Virus record (IMG/VR): IMGVR_UViG_3300027125_000001
Length of the DNA: 64,000 nt
DNA from: a virus
Taxonomy: Duplodnaviria; Heunggongvirae; Uroviricota; Caudoviricetes
Direction: 5' to 3' (one strand)
Shown in pieces: positions 1 to 11,454 of this stretch. Positions within the stretch are counted from its first letter, which is position 1. Every line of letters begins with the position of its first letter. The position numbers and the translations under genes are program-made. Below the pieces are notes generated by a model, which was not told the DNA's origin, ran no database searches, and saw nothing but the letters and a program-made list of their open reading frames with translations.

Positions 1-88
1 GACGTCGCTTTGCCCGCAATTCCTAAAATTAAATATTTCATGCAATATTATAATCTTTGTTTAAAAGATTTGCAACGTAAATATTTGT

Positions 89-640
89 ATGACAGCAAAT
101 GTCAATCTAACAAGCATATCAGCAATCAGTGGGACGTCGCCTATAACTGTAACGTTCTTAATGTCCACACTTCCACCCGCAAATCTTGCAAAGGTATATT
201 TTGATTTTGGGGATGGTTCGTCTAGGACCGTTTTTTGGTTTGCTTCGTCTGCACCTGCTTCGGCCGTCTCAGCACTTCCAGTTTCGGCAGATCCCGGGAA
301 TGTGCGTAATTATAATATTTCCAAAACATATACAAGACAGAGCATATTAGATCAAAAAACATTCACGGTCCGCATTTCTGCATACAGCGTCACTACTTTC
401 CAACCAACCGCATACGCCGTGCCGGTGGGCCCGATACGTCTAGATTCAGCATCATCTATCAATGGAAGCACAACAAGACTAATCAAAACAAGGTACATCA
501 ACAAAAATGAAATGCTCTTAGTTTTTGAAAATCAAACAACAGGGAAAATATATACAGTAATAGCAGATCCAAATTTTGACAGTTCGATTACTTCAGACAG
601 CACATATCGCTCTTTATGTGCAAAGTATTTCAATGATTAA
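89..640 (+). CDS. hypothetical protein, probably virion-associated (first gene of structural block)
   Basis: 183-aa ORF co-oriented and contiguous with downstream giant structural genes; no recognisable motif. Confidence 0.35.
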   Translation: MTANVNLTSISAISGTSPITVTFLMSTLPPANLAKVYFDFGDGSSRTVFWFASSAPASAVSALPVSADPGNVRNYNISKTYTRQSILDQKTFTVRISAYSVTTFQPTAYAVPVGPIRLDSASSINGSTTRLIKTRYINKNEMLLVFENQTTGKIYTVIADPNFDSSITSDSTYRSLCAKYFND

Positions 641-661
641 ACTATACCCCTAAATAAATCT

Positions 662-3600
662 ATGGCAGTAAAATACATCGACTGGAAACCAGTTAGCGTT
701 AGCTATATCAATAATAAGCTAGATTTAAGCGATGCCGTTATTGGTACCAGCGATGGGTTAATTTTCTCAGAAAATAATCTTGCATCATGTATTCGTAGTT
801 TGGATTTTAACGAAAATAGTCTTGTATTTTTAACTGATCTTATAGAGGCACCAACCATTGAAACAAAAAGAGATGAGGTCAAATACCAAAACAATTTAAT
901 ACGCAACTGTATTATGACCTCAGCGAGTGGGTATTATTTAACAAGAACTCGGTATGATTCTGCAAATATCGCAACATCTGCGGAATCTACGAATAATATA
1001 TTCCAATTAGAGTTTGACACAAACGATGATGCACTAAGCATTGTTTCGGAAGATTTAAATCAGCGCTTATATCTAACAGTCGACGCCACTGGAGCATGTG
1101 CTTATTTTGATGTATATAACTCCGACATAGAACATCTTCAAAAATTCAAATATATTCTGAATACAGACACAAACACTCTTGTATTATTTTGTAGCACGTG
1201 CGACACTAGTGGGTATCGTGTGGTTTCATATGACGAATCAACACCAGGAACATCATTGGTGACCTTTGAAACCTACAACCCATTATCTGCCAATAGCTGC
1301 TATTCATATTTGTTCAAGCTTAAAAATGTAGATTTGTCTATCAAGCCATATACATTAAATTCGAGCCGCTATGTAAAATATGAAAGTGTAATTGATAATA
1401 ATGACACAATTTACGGAGACATGGAAATCGCATCGAGTCAATCGTTTCCTAATAACTATTTAATCGCCACATCGTTCAAAGATAGTGGCACATACACACC
1501 AACCACAGACTATACAGGACAGCTAAAATCAAATGCGGTATCTCTAAAGAATCTTTTCACACCAGAATACAAATATAGTAAAAGAAATGATGTAGTGTTA
1601 AATCGGGACTACCAAACAGTTACTCTAGGTGATAATATTGTCGATGACGCTTATAATAAAGTCACTACATCATATAGTGCATCAACGAAACAATTTAATT
1701 TAGAACCAGATAAGCTGACATACTTCCATTATCCATATGGTACATCAACGGTACCAATTTCGTCATCTGGTTTGATTGAAGCTGGTGCTATAGCTGGCCT
1801 ATCTCCTATAAAAGCAGATCGTATTTGGAAATCACAATTCGGATACGAAACGAGCACAAACAATGGCAATTCTACAACACGAAACGGCACATGGCTTTGC
1901 AGTTGGCTGAGTGGCAATAATTGTCAGTCTATATGGGTTGATAGATGGTATAATCCACAACAGATTGAATATAAGCTAGCACTAACTGCAGATGAACCAA
2001 ATCCGTATATTTCAGACGCGCCATCAACATTGACATTCGAGGCTGGTGTTTTGTACAAATATTTTCATATCGGCGCAGAGTATAGCTTAAAGCTAATTGA
2101 AGATGCTGATTTCAATAATTGTGACAAGGTCCTTGAAATTAAAAATTGGACTAAAGCCAATCTTGAAAACGCAACAAATAGTACCGAAGATAACATAACC
2201 TATACAAGGTTTAATAACTCGGAATTTACATTTACAGGCAGTGAGTATATTTCGTATTCCGCAAGCGAATCATTCTTTGCAAAATACAACCTGACCGTGG
2301 CTGCGTGGGTTTATTTTGACAACTGGTCAAATGCAGCAGCAGATCAAATAATTGGAAATTATTATAATGGTGGTTATGGTTTATCATATCACACAGGAAT
2401 TAAAGATGATTTCTTGATTTATACTGATAGCACATACGGTCATATTTTCGTAACAAATACAGAAGGAAGATATCTTTTTGATAAAGCAATTCCAGGCACA
2501 AATGCAGCGGTTACAGATATGAGCGTTGATGGCGAAGGACGTGCTTGGATATTGGACGATAATCAGAATAAAATATTTGTCTATAATCCAATTAATAATG
2601 TATTTGAGAATATTATTGACCTCCCGGCAACGACATACAAATATGCCAGACATGACAAATACAACAATTTTTACGTGTATAGCAGTAACAAGGTATTTAA
2701 AAAATATGACCGAAATGGCGACCTTCTGACTACTAAACCTTTAGCATTTCTCACAAATACTTTCTTGCCATTATCAACACTGCAGGGATTTGATATTACT
2801 GGATTTTTTATAGACAGTGCATCAAATATACAACCATATATTGGTACTACAGCATTTGAGGATTTAAGCGGGAACTACTGGCATCATTTTGGAAGCAACC
2901 TGATCAAAAATAACATTAATTACATTTTGCATATTACATCACCAGACGATCTGAAAGTAGATGGTGATCTTAATTTGTGGATGATCAAAGATGATACACT
3001 TTACCATTTTGACAAAGACGGTAGTATTTTACTAAAAAGAACATACCCGTATATATCCTCCGGGCCTAAAAAATTAGCAATAACTCGTGAACTCACCAAT
3101 TCTGGTTGGAAGGATTTCATTTGGGTTATGGACAAACAATCGATCATAAAATATTCTTCGTCTGGCAGATTTGAGAAAATAATTAAACCAACCGATTATT
3201 TCAGCACAGGCAATTATCCAGGCAGAGATCGTAACAAATTGAATTTGACTTTCGCAAAATATTGCACAAAATATAATTTTTATCGCGATGCCAAATTGTT
3301 AAATCCTGGCTTGGATGACAAAAATTATATTACAGCCAATTTCAAAATTACAAACGGAACATCCGTATCGGCAAAAGAACTTATAGCACCTACAAACGCA
3401 TTGTCGAGAGGATGGCACCACTTAGCACTTACTTTTGATTCTGCTAATGGAGTCGCCAGACTATATGTCGATGGGCAAACAATAGATAGTATTTCATTTG
3501 CGGAGGGCCAATACATGTTGGATTATACTAATAAAAATACATTTTATATTGGCAACACAAACGATAGTCACGATACAAAGGAATATACATGGCTTTTAGA

Positions 3601-3934
3601 TAAAAAACCAACTATGGTGGGCAAGATCGATGACATTAGAGTTTATTCCTGCGCACTATCTGAAAGAGATGTCTTGGTGTTATCTAGAAAGAAACTTAAA
3701 TTCACCCCAGTCGAATTTAACGTCACGGCACCGACAAGGCAATATATAGAGACGATTGATAGGTTCAATACGCACAGGACTCCTGGGTTTAAGTCAAATA
3801 TTTTCAACATACGCATTTTGAATAGCGACTTGGATAGTGAAGATTTAAAAGAATCAATTGAGGACGCTATTTGCAAGGCATTGACGAAGATAACACCCGT
3901 TGGTGCTAAACTAAACAAAATCGTGTGGGAATAA
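662..3934 (+). CDS. large structural / host-recognition protein with C-terminal LamG/ConA-like lectin domain
   Basis: 1090-aa ORF; C-terminal segment ...GWHHLALTFDSANGVARLYVDGQTIDSISF... matches the LamG/pentraxin-type jelly-roll signature; sits in the structural block. Confidence 0.55.
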   Translation: MAVKYIDWKPVSVSYINNKLDLSDAVIGTSDGLIFSENNLASCIRSLDFNENSLVFLTDLIEAPTIETKRDEVKYQNNLIRNCIMTSASGYYLTRTRYDSANIATSAESTNNIFQLEFDTNDDALSIVSEDLNQRLYLTVDATGACAYFDVYNSDIEHLQKFKYILNTDTNTLVLFCSTCDTSGYRVVSYDESTPGTSLVTFETYNPLSANSCYSYLFKLKNVDLSIKPYTLNSSRYVKYESVIDNNDTIYGDMEIASSQSFPNNYLIATSFKDSGTYTPTTDYTGQLKSNAVSLKNLFTPEYKYSKRNDVVLNRDYQTVTLGDNIVDDAYNKVTTSYSASTKQFNLEPDKLTYFHYPYGTSTVPISSSGLIEAGAIAGLSPIKADRIWKSQFGYETSTNNGNSTTRNGTWLCSWLSGNNCQSIWVDRWYNPQQIEYKLALTADEPNPYISDAPSTLTFEAGVLYKYFHIGAEYSLKLIEDADFNNCDKVLEIKNWTKANLENATNSTEDNITYTRFNNSEFTFTGSEYISYSASESFFAKYNLTVAAWVYFDNWSNAAADQIIGNYYNGGYGLSYHTGIKDDFLIYTDSTYGHIFVTNTEGRYLFDKAIPGTNAAVTDMSVDGEGRAWILDDNQNKIFVYNPINNVFENIIDLPATTYKYARHDKYNNFYVYSSNKVFKKYDRNGDLLTTKPLAFLTNTFLPLSTLQGFDITGFFIDSASNIQPYIGTTAFEDLSGNYWHHFGSNLIKNNINYILHITSPDDLKVDGDLNLWMIKDDTLYHFDKDGSILLKRTYPYISSGPKKLAITRELTNSGWKDFIWVMDKQSIIKYSSSGRFEKIIKPTDYFSTGNYPGRDRNKLNLTFAKYCTKYNFYRDAKLLNPGLDDKNYITANFKITNGTSVSAKELIAPTNALSRGWHHLALTFDSANGVARLYVDGQTIDSISFAEGQYMLDYTNKNTFYIGNTNDSHDTKEYTWLLDKKPTMVGKIDDIRVYSCALSERDVLVLSRKKLKFTPVEFNVTAPTRQYIETIDRFNTHRTPGFKSNIFNIRILNSDLDSEDLKESIEDAICKALTKITPVGAKLNKIVWE

Positions 3935-3959
3935 ACAATACGTCATCTAAATATTAGAG

Positions 3960-6900
3960 ATGTTTGTAGAAGTTTCGACATTAACTGCTTGGCCAAATGA
4001 ATCGTTCAGAGTAACGCATTCAGCACTATCGACTACTGGTTCGGGCCCCATTTATTCAATTGCGGGATATACGCCTCTTACGATTGCGATTAATATTGAC
4101 GGAATACACAATTCCGCATCTTTAAATGCAGTAATTGTGCCGCGACTTACATATACAACAGGTGCAACAGTCGAAGCTGTTATTACAGAATTGGCACAGT
4201 CAACACTATCTGGGGTGCCGTCGTTTACAATCAAATCAACAACAAGCGGGCTTTATTTGCCGTTTAACGATCATTCGACTTTTACTAGTAGAATATTTAA
4301 TAAATCGATATTTACATTTTCAGGAACAGAAGGGCAGCAACAAGATCAGTTGGCATCTATGGCACTAACGGCAGGGTCTGCATATTACATTATACCATCG
4401 CATTTAACATATACAGACAATAGGGAACCATCAGCAATTATTGCATCGGGTCGTCTCGATTTATCTGCGAGATTAAGAAATTGGGAATATGACTTATTTA
4501 CAAGTAGCACTTTAGAAACAGGCCAAGCAAATACATCGCCATATAATTTTGCATTTTTGAATTATGCAGTTTCGCCTGCATCTTATACACCAATTACAAC
4601 GAATCAAATCAGTGCGTTAAGTGCTATTATCAACACACCAAAAGTATATCGCCATGTTGATGTAAATGTAGCAACCACAGTAGACGGTGCGTCGTCTTTC
4701 TCGAATAACTTATTATCAGTAGCAGGTGCGTCACAATCACTAGGCGAAGAATTGCTGCCTGGTAGCATTGTTCTAGAATTTTCATACGACAGCCCTCTCT
4801 ATAAAGATAGTGAGTATACGTTCGATGAAATACCTGCAACATATGGATATAGTTCGGGATATCGCGAAACATTGCTAAAAGAATTGTCATCCGTTACAGT
4901 CCCTGTTATCAGCTCTGGAACTGCATTTGTGCGGGACATTCCTATGACGGGAGCTAATCCAGTCTCTGGTAACCTTGTAGGGAGGGACCCAATTTTCAAT
5001 GAATATTTTGTTAACAGCGCAACAAGTGTTATTAATTATCAAACTGGTGCGTTTGCTCTTTTCTTAAACACGGGATATAAACTTACAGGAAATGCGCTGT
5101 TGCGTGGATTTTACGATAACAAGTATGACGATTTTGCTGGCTATCCTACGTATCAAGTAATTGGCCAATCTCCTAACGATCATGAATTGAGCCTGATTGA
5201 TAAAAGTGTACGAACTGTAGGCAATAATGTATTTGCAAGATACGATGTTAGCGTATATAATTTGTCATCGATTGTAGACAGAAACGACTACCCAACATAT
5301 CCATCAACAATCACATCGATTAAGGCGTATAATTACGCATCATCGATACAAATTGGTTTGAATGCATTAACTTCATTTAATGCCGTTTCGTCGATTTCAT
5401 TCAGCTCGACAAATACGCCACTGTGGCTATTCACATACACAAGTACAATAACTTCAAATACCAATACATCAAAAGTCAACGGGCTTCAAATGGTGTTTAA
5501 CACCCTAAGTGCTAGAACAGCTGTGACAAGCAATTCTGCTTTTATTACACCACATATAGTTAGCAATTACGGCACTACAATACTACCATTCGCTTCAAGC
5601 GATGCATATTATGGCTACTTGCAATTCAATTGCTTGGGTGCGGTTACTAAAGTAGACAATAGAACTCAAACACCGACTCTATCTGTATATAAAATTGAAT
5701 CAAACGGGCAATTAACACCATATGAAGTGTCTATGAATGTGTATGACATAACATATCCATACGAACTAAGAAGATCTGCAAACCAAACATATCAAGTCGA
5801 AACTAGTGCGATTTCAGCTCAAACTGCATTCTTGTCAGGAGATCTGTCAATGTCATTAAGAGATGTTGCATTGTTCTATGAAACAGATGCATCTGATTTA
5901 TACGATGATAATAAAATTGCATTACAATTGTACGGATTAAATACCGCAATTAAAACATCTATATTTGATCAATCTATATCATTTATTAATGGCGGTGCTA
6001 AAGTATTCATTAATCTCATACAGCAAACAATAAAAGAATTGGCTGGAGTATCGAGATCGAGCATATCCCTGGATGATTTCGATACTGAAATATTCTACAA
6101 GCTCACCACAACAGGCAATTATTTCAAAAATGTACAGACCACGTTTAATGAAGAGTGTCGTGCATATATCTTGCAGTCGACGTCGAGTAGTACTGCGAAT
6201 GAATTTAAGACTCCAATTGAAAGTCTGTGTGCGGAACTGAGCCCCGTTCTCTCATCTCTAGCAGCTGCAGGGTCTACTGGAAATGATACTCTCAGCTTTG
6301 TATTGACAAATGATTTATTCAGTATTGGCAAATTAATCGGAAGCACAAGTATTACTGCAGAGGAATATAACGTTATCATAGATTTGTTGACCAAGAGCTT
6401 TGTCTTTGCAGCCTGGCCTGCCGCATATGATGTTGCTTCGTCATTAACATTAAGTAATCCTGCATATTTGGGTACCAATTTGAATATTGTTAAATTGATA
6501 TTCAGTCTTGGTCTTGAGACTGTATTTGATTTGTATGTCAAGGCATTTAAAGACACACTGCGCCGCGGTGCCATAACACAAACGAAATATGACGAAATTC
6601 TTAAATACTACGCCGATCAAAACTACGCTAGATTCAATTATGAGATATCGCTAATCAAAACTGCGATTGATTATCCAACGCTAATCAAAGGGACGTTGAA
6701 TCCAAATTATAGTAGCACAAATTACATATCGATTGCGTATTATCTTGCAACTGCAGAAAAAGAACTTGGCACATTGTTTGAGTATGTATATGCATTTAAC
6801 ACCAATGCGAATGAGACTGTATTTAATAACTTTTTCCGCAATTTTAACCTGATCGATAATAAAGTCGGTATGCTGAATATTCGTTATTCGACAGGCAATA

Positions 6901-9900
6901 CAATTTACGACAAAACCATAGGCGCGACTATTGAGCCATATGACGGCAGAATTTTAACACTCAACCCACAAACACATCGATTCACCTCCGCGCTTGTCCC
7001 TCTATCATCTAAATTCTGCATCATCACACCACCAGATTCGCCAGTAGAAGTTGATTATGAATTGAAGATGTACTCACAAGTTATTGGATGCCAATATGAT
7101 GATATCACCACACCAATCAAAGAATCAAAAACATATATCTATAAATCACCTAAATTAGGCAGACAGCTACAATATAGAGCGGATCCGTTTACTGTGTATC
7201 CAACAGCAGCATATAATTCAATGGTGTTGAATTTTTATCATACAACAGATGATGATGCTACGGACTCTGTCAGAATTAAAGCATTACCTGCGATCGAAGA
7301 TATGCTTGCATCCAGTAGTGCGAGCGCGTGCTCTATTATTTGGAATGTTCAATTCTTAGATATTGACGGAACGTATGCAACAACGAAATTTATACCAATA
7401 ACCGCAGCAGCAGGCACATCAAATGTAGTGAATATGTCTGCGATGCCATATGTAAGTTTCCAAACATTACCTCTATACACTAATGTTGTAGAGTATGCGC
7501 TCGAGCCTACAGAAATACCAAATACATTCACCAGAACACCAATTGTAAAAACAATTGCATCGCATAGCAAAACACAAGCAACATATGCTAATGAAATTAT
7601 AATTGATAAAATTGGAGTTAATCCAATAACTGTCAGTGTTTCTGTTACAGGAGCTTCCTTGTCAAACTATGGAGTTACTAATAATATCTTGACAGGGCAA
7701 ATGATATATTACCCGGATTTAGGTCAAGACAACACAACAAATCTATTAACACCTCAATACAGTTACAGCAGTACTGTTGTTAGCAGACTTAGTGTTGTAT
7801 CATATGATAGTGATATTGATAATAGTCTTCTATTAAGAAACTACTTCATCAAAAACAATAGAATCTATAATCCGCCAGTATACGAGAATACCACATTTAA
7901 TGTCGACAGCATCCGAGGTGTTTCGCTTTTATTTAAATGTGACAATAACGGAAATAATGAGCAAGAAATTCCTTTGGGTGTTGACAATAGAAACACGGCC
8001 TATTACAAAGTCAAAACATTGATGCCTAAAACTCTCAATGTAGTTGCACCAGAAAAAGATCGACTTACTATTCAAACATTCCACACCCCAGCATGTATTG
8101 CACCAACGCAAGTAATACAATTGCCAGTTAATTATTTCCCAAGTCAAGATATATTCTATTCTAAATTTAATATTGCAATCGCAGGTACTGCCGGATCTGC
8201 ATTCTATATTGGCAATATTGATACAATTAATACGCTTGTCGTATTGAGCTCAATAACACAACCATTTACAGCAGAATTAACTCCGTTGACTGTACCACAA
8301 GTCGAACATGGATGGATATCAACATCTGCATTATCTACTACATACTCAGTCGCATCTGCGACGCAAAAATTGGTATTTACATCCTCTACACTATCTGGAT
8401 TATCCGCCGGCATTGGTACGTTTAATTTATCATCAAAATTTACATATCAAAATGGAGAGTATGCTATTCTGAAGTCAAAACCACTCTATGTATATGTATC
8501 ACCACAAGCATCTGTCAATGAGCTCAGTGCAAAGGTGTGGACGGTTAATACATTTACCAACCAAGGACCGTCAGCAGTCAACACTCTAAACTCAATAACA
8601 GTTAATACACAATTAACAACCGTTGGAAATGGCCATACAGAAACACTTGTGTTAAGCTCGTTCGGAACACGATATAAAACATATGCATGGACCATTGGAA
8701 ACGAAAAGGAATATGTAACCAATTCACCAATTGCATCAGCCACAATCAAAGGAACTGCGGGTACATTATCTGCTATATCTGTCAAGGGGTATTATCTACA
8801 GCTAGATGTAGTCCCTTCATTAACTGCTCTTACATCGAGAGCGGATTATGATGATAATAAAACTGCATATGTCAATGTTAAAAATGCAATTAACTTACTA
8901 CAAGATCGCAATAATGTAATTTATACAGCAAACTCTAGCGTCACGTCTGATTATTTCAAGCCATTGCAATTTATCGATTTGGCAACGCCTGTGATATCAG
9001 CAGAGCCTGCAGATGTATATTTTTATTCGGATTCAATTAGTAGTTTATATGATGCAGCTGTATTTACTTCAAATAATAAAGGCGAATATGTTGTTGGGGG
9101 TACTACTACCTCATATGTAAACATTCGTAGTCTGGATACACAACAATCAATAACATATGGACCGATTGAGTATAGCTTAGTCTCTGGATTTAACAATAAC
9201 ACCATTACAATTCCTGATAATATCATCACAGATCCAGACTCATACAACTGTGCCGTCTTGGCTATCACATCTACAGATACAATAGTAACTAATGCGTACA
9301 ATTCTGTAGAAATTGGTAAAACAACAACATCTACAAGAGTAGACACAATTACGGCGATTAAGATACCAACATTCAATCTATTCTGGGATGAAGATTATTA
9401 TGCTATTGGGTCTGCATTGACAATCAAAAATTATTACAAAAATACAAACTGTGGTGGTGCTGATTATGGATTGGGCTCGATATCAATAACATTTAATGGC
9501 CAGACACAAGTATATCCAGCATCAACTGAAACGTTTGCGTTTAACAACCTTAATGACATTGGTGTATATTCTATCTCCGTATCTGCGAATACATACGGGC
9601 TCCTATCATCAATTCAAACGACAATTGAATCGAAATATGATAGAGCTATCAATGTAGTTAATGCATTTGACACGTTTGACAAAAATGCACGAACATACAA
9701 CGAACAATTAATATTCCCTTATAGTTTGGATCAAATCTATGTAGCACCAAACGAGATTGCCAATGCTAATAATATTAATAGTTCACTCAAGAAATTGCTT
9801 GCTAATTTTGATTATTTGATCAATAAATCAAAACTTAATGATACCAAGTTGCCAGTATTGTTTAATAAATGGTTAGGAGCGGAGAATAGCAAAGGCCATC

Positions 9901-11432
9901 GTTGGAATGATGTATCCGAATCAGATTGGGTTAATGTTTTCCCAGAATTCGACGCTACTGAATTTCATGACGTACAAGATGCCAAGATATACAATGATAG
10001 ATTAATTGTAATTGATCGGAATACAGATAATACAATCACGGATAGTATTAAAATATATGATTTGGATCGACTTTCGAGAAAATTAAACGATACTAATCTC
10101 GTCGGAGAAAAAGATTACGTAGGGAAGCTAGACTCCATTGCTATTAATGACGATGGAGAAATATACATAACAGACACCGCGAATCATTGCGTATATGTCT
10201 ACAGCATCGAATATAGTACTGGAACGTTTACATTTTTAAACAAAATCGGTGGTTTGGGCAATGCTCATCGCCCATATCGATTTAACACCCCGACTGATAT
10301 CCATTATAATCTAGGCAAGATATACGTGATTGACAAGAATAATGATGTCATTAAAGTTTATAATGATAAGATGCAATACTTCTATAACATTTCTCACGGG
10401 GAATGGGTAATGAAGAATAATTTAGTATCCATCACTACAGATACTGCAGCGAATGTATATGTATTAACAGCAGATGGCCAGATATACACATTCAATAACA
10501 CAGGCGAATATGTTAGCACAATATCAGGCATCGCCAATCCTTTTGCAGGCACTCCTGTTAAAATACATGCTAATAATATTGATGATGGTATAATTTATAT
10601 CGTATATAATACACACATATCCAAGATTACGTCTCAGGGGTATTATCTCGGATATTTTATGCCTTTATATACGCCATATGTAACTCAACTCAATAGCATC
10701 TGTCAGTATGGTAGAGGCGTTTATATTATCGACACCCGATCAATCTATAAAAATACAGATTTTGTTTCAATCAAGAGCATTATAAATGATATTGAAGGTG
10801 CACTATGGAAAGCTGATGATATTTTGATCGAAGAACAAGATTTGATTCAAGACTGGGTATATAATGTCGTATTTAACAGAATCAAAGATAATTTCGAATT
10901 GCTCGCCAAAAACATACATTCCAAATATGTGAGAAGCATCGATCTTGCTGGTAATATATCTATTGATATGGAACCGATGTTGACAGCAGAACTACCGCAA
11001 TTCGATTTCAGCCAATGTTTCATTGGACAAAATGAGCTTGTATTTACAGACGTTATCAATCGGGTAATTAAGCATCTGTATGCAAATCTTGATAAACTAA
11101 GAGTATCTCTTGACACAATCATTGGATCTGATATGTGTAAAAATAGCTGGTGCTGGTCTTGGGCATCGATGGGATCTTATGATCCAGTTAAAAAGAATTG
11201 TATCGTAAATCCAATTTCATTTATTGAATTGAGATCAGATAGTCCTGGTATTGGTGGTAGAACATGGGAACAGATGTCATCTGTTGGTAGTGGTTGTTGC
11301 GAAGTGGTAACACTTAGCGGCACACGCATTCCAGAAATACATCAAGGTTATATGGCACTTTCTCCGAATGGGTCTGTTCTTTCCTTGGGTGGTAATTCTA
11401 GTATTTTGTCACTTTATTCTTTGTCAAGCTAA
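3960..11432 (+). CDS. giant virion structural protein (tail fibre / adhesin-like, 2490 aa)
   Basis: Uninterrupted 7.4 kb ORF rich in Thr/Ser/Asn beta-strand-like repeats; NHL/beta-propeller-like segments (YITDTANHCVYVYS..., IYVIDKNNDVIKVY...). Confidence 0.55.
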   Translation: MFVEVSTLTAWPNESFRVTHSALSTTGSGPIYSIAGYTPLTIAINIDGIHNSASLNAVIVPRLTYTTGATVEAVITELAQSTLSGVPSFTIKSTTSGLYLPFNDHSTFTSRIFNKSIFTFSGTEGQQQDQLASMALTAGSAYYIIPSHLTYTDNREPSAIIASGRLDLSARLRNWEYDLFTSSTLETGQANTSPYNFAFLNYAVSPASYTPITTNQISALSAIINTPKVYRHVDVNVATTVDGASSFSNNLLSVAGASQSLGEELLPGSIVLEFSYDSPLYKDSEYTFDEIPATYGYSSGYRETLLKELSSVTVPVISSGTAFVRDIPMTGANPVSGNLVGRDPIFNEYFVNSATSVINYQTGAFALFLNTGYKLTGNALLRGFYDNKYDDFAGYPTYQVIGQSPNDHELSLIDKSVRTVGNNVFARYDVSVYNLSSIVDRNDYPTYPSTITSIKAYNYASSIQIGLNALTSFNAVSSISFSSTNTPLWLFTYTSTITSNTNTSKVNGLQMVFNTLSARTAVTSNSAFITPHIVSNYGTTILPFASSDAYYGYLQFNCLGAVTKVDNRTQTPTLSVYKIESNGQLTPYEVSMNVYDITYPYELRRSANQTYQVETSAISAQTAFLSGDLSMSLRDVALFYETDASDLYDDNKIALQLYGLNTAIKTSIFDQSISFINGGAKVFINLIQQTIKELAGVSRSSISLDDFDTEIFYKLTTTGNYFKNVQTTFNEECRAYILQSTSSSTANEFKTPIESLCAELSPVLSSLAAAGSTGNDTLSFVLTNDLFSIGKLIGSTSITAEEYNVIIDLLTKSFVFAAWPAAYDVASSLTLSNPAYLGTNLNIVKLIFSLGLETVFDLYVKAFKDTLRRGAITQTKYDEILKYYADQNYARFNYEISLIKTAIDYPTLIKGTLNPNYSSTNYISIAYYLATAEKELGTLFEYVYAFNTNANETVFNNFFRNFNLIDNKVGMLNIRYSTGNTIYDKTIGATIEPYDGRILTLNPQTHRFTSALVPLSSKFCIITPPDSPVEVDYELKMYSQVIGCQYDDITTPIKESKTYIYKSPKLGRQLQYRADPFTVYPTAAYNSMVLNFYHTTDDDATDSVRIKALPAIEDMLASSSASACSIIWNVQFLDIDGTYATTKFIPITAAAGTSNVVNMSAMPYVSFQTLPLYTNVVEYALEPTEIPNTFTRTPIVKTIASHSKTQATYANEIIIDKIGVNPITVSVSVTGASLSNYGVTNNILTGQMIYYPDLGQDNTTNLLTPQYSYSSTVVSRLSVVSYDSDIDNSLLLRNYFIKNNRIYNPPVYENTTFNVDSIRGVSLLFKCDNNGNNEQEIPLGVDNRNTAYYKVKTLMPKTLNVVAPEKDRLTIQTFHTPACIAPTQVIQLPVNYFPSQDIFYSKFNIAIAGTAGSAFYIGNIDTINTLVVLSSITQPFTAELTPLTVPQVEHGWISTSALSTTYSVASATQKLVFTSSTLSGLSAGIGTFNLSSKFTYQNGEYAILKSKPLYVYVSPQASVNELSAKVWTVNTFTNQGPSAVNTLNSITVNTQLTTVGNGHTETLVLSSFGTRYKTYAWTIGNEKEYVTNSPIASATIKGTAGTLSAISVKGYYLQLDVVPSLTALTSRADYDDNKTAYVNVKNAINLLQDRNNVIYTANSSVTSDYFKPLQFIDLATPVISAEPADVYFYSDSISSLYDAAVFTSNNKGEYVVGGTTTSYVNIRSLDTQQSITYGPIEYSLVSGFNNNTITIPDNIITDPDSYNCAVLAITSTDTIVTNAYNSVEIGKTTTSTRVDTITAIKIPTFNLFWDEDYYAIGSALTIKNYYKNTNCGGADYGLGSISITFNGQTQVYPASTETFAFNNLNDIGVYSISVSANTYGLLSSIQTTIESKYDRAINVVNAFDTFDKNARTYNEQLIFPYSLDQIYVAPNEIANANNINSSLKKLLANFDYLINKSKLNDTKLPVLFNKWLGAENSKGHRWNDVSESDWVNVFPEFDATEFHDVQDAKIYNDRLIVIDRNTDNTITDSIKIYDLDRLSRKLNDTNLVGEKDYVGKLDSIAINDDGEIYITDTANHCVYVYSIEYSTGTFTFLNKIGGLGNAHRPYRFNTPTDIHYNLGKIYVIDKNNDVIKVYNDKMQYFYNISHGEWVMKNNLVSITTDTAANVYVLTADGQIYTFNNTGEYVSTISGIANPFAGTPVKIHANNIDDGIIYIVYNTHISKITSQGYYLGYFMPLYTPYVTQLNSICQYGRGVYIIDTRSIYKNTDFVSIKSIINDIEGALWKADDILIEEQDLIQDWVYNVVFNRIKDNFELLAKNIHSKYVRSIDLAGNISIDMEPMLTAELPQFDFSQCFIGQNELVFTDVINRVIKHLYANLDKLRVSLDTIIGSDMCKNSWCWSWASMGSYDPVKKNCIVNPISFIELRSDSPGIGGRTWEQMSSVGSGCCEVVTLSGTRIPEIHQGYMALSPNGSVLSLGGNSSILSLYSLSS

Positions 11433-11454
11433 TCCATTAAGTAAATACAATTAT

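Noticed and set aside
11368-11454. N-terminal 29 aa of the listed 757-aa ORF, which look like a signal peptide
   Set aside because: This stretch overlaps the end of the 2490-aa gene in another frame. The first ATG after the upstream stop (11455) was preferred, although the true start is uncertain.
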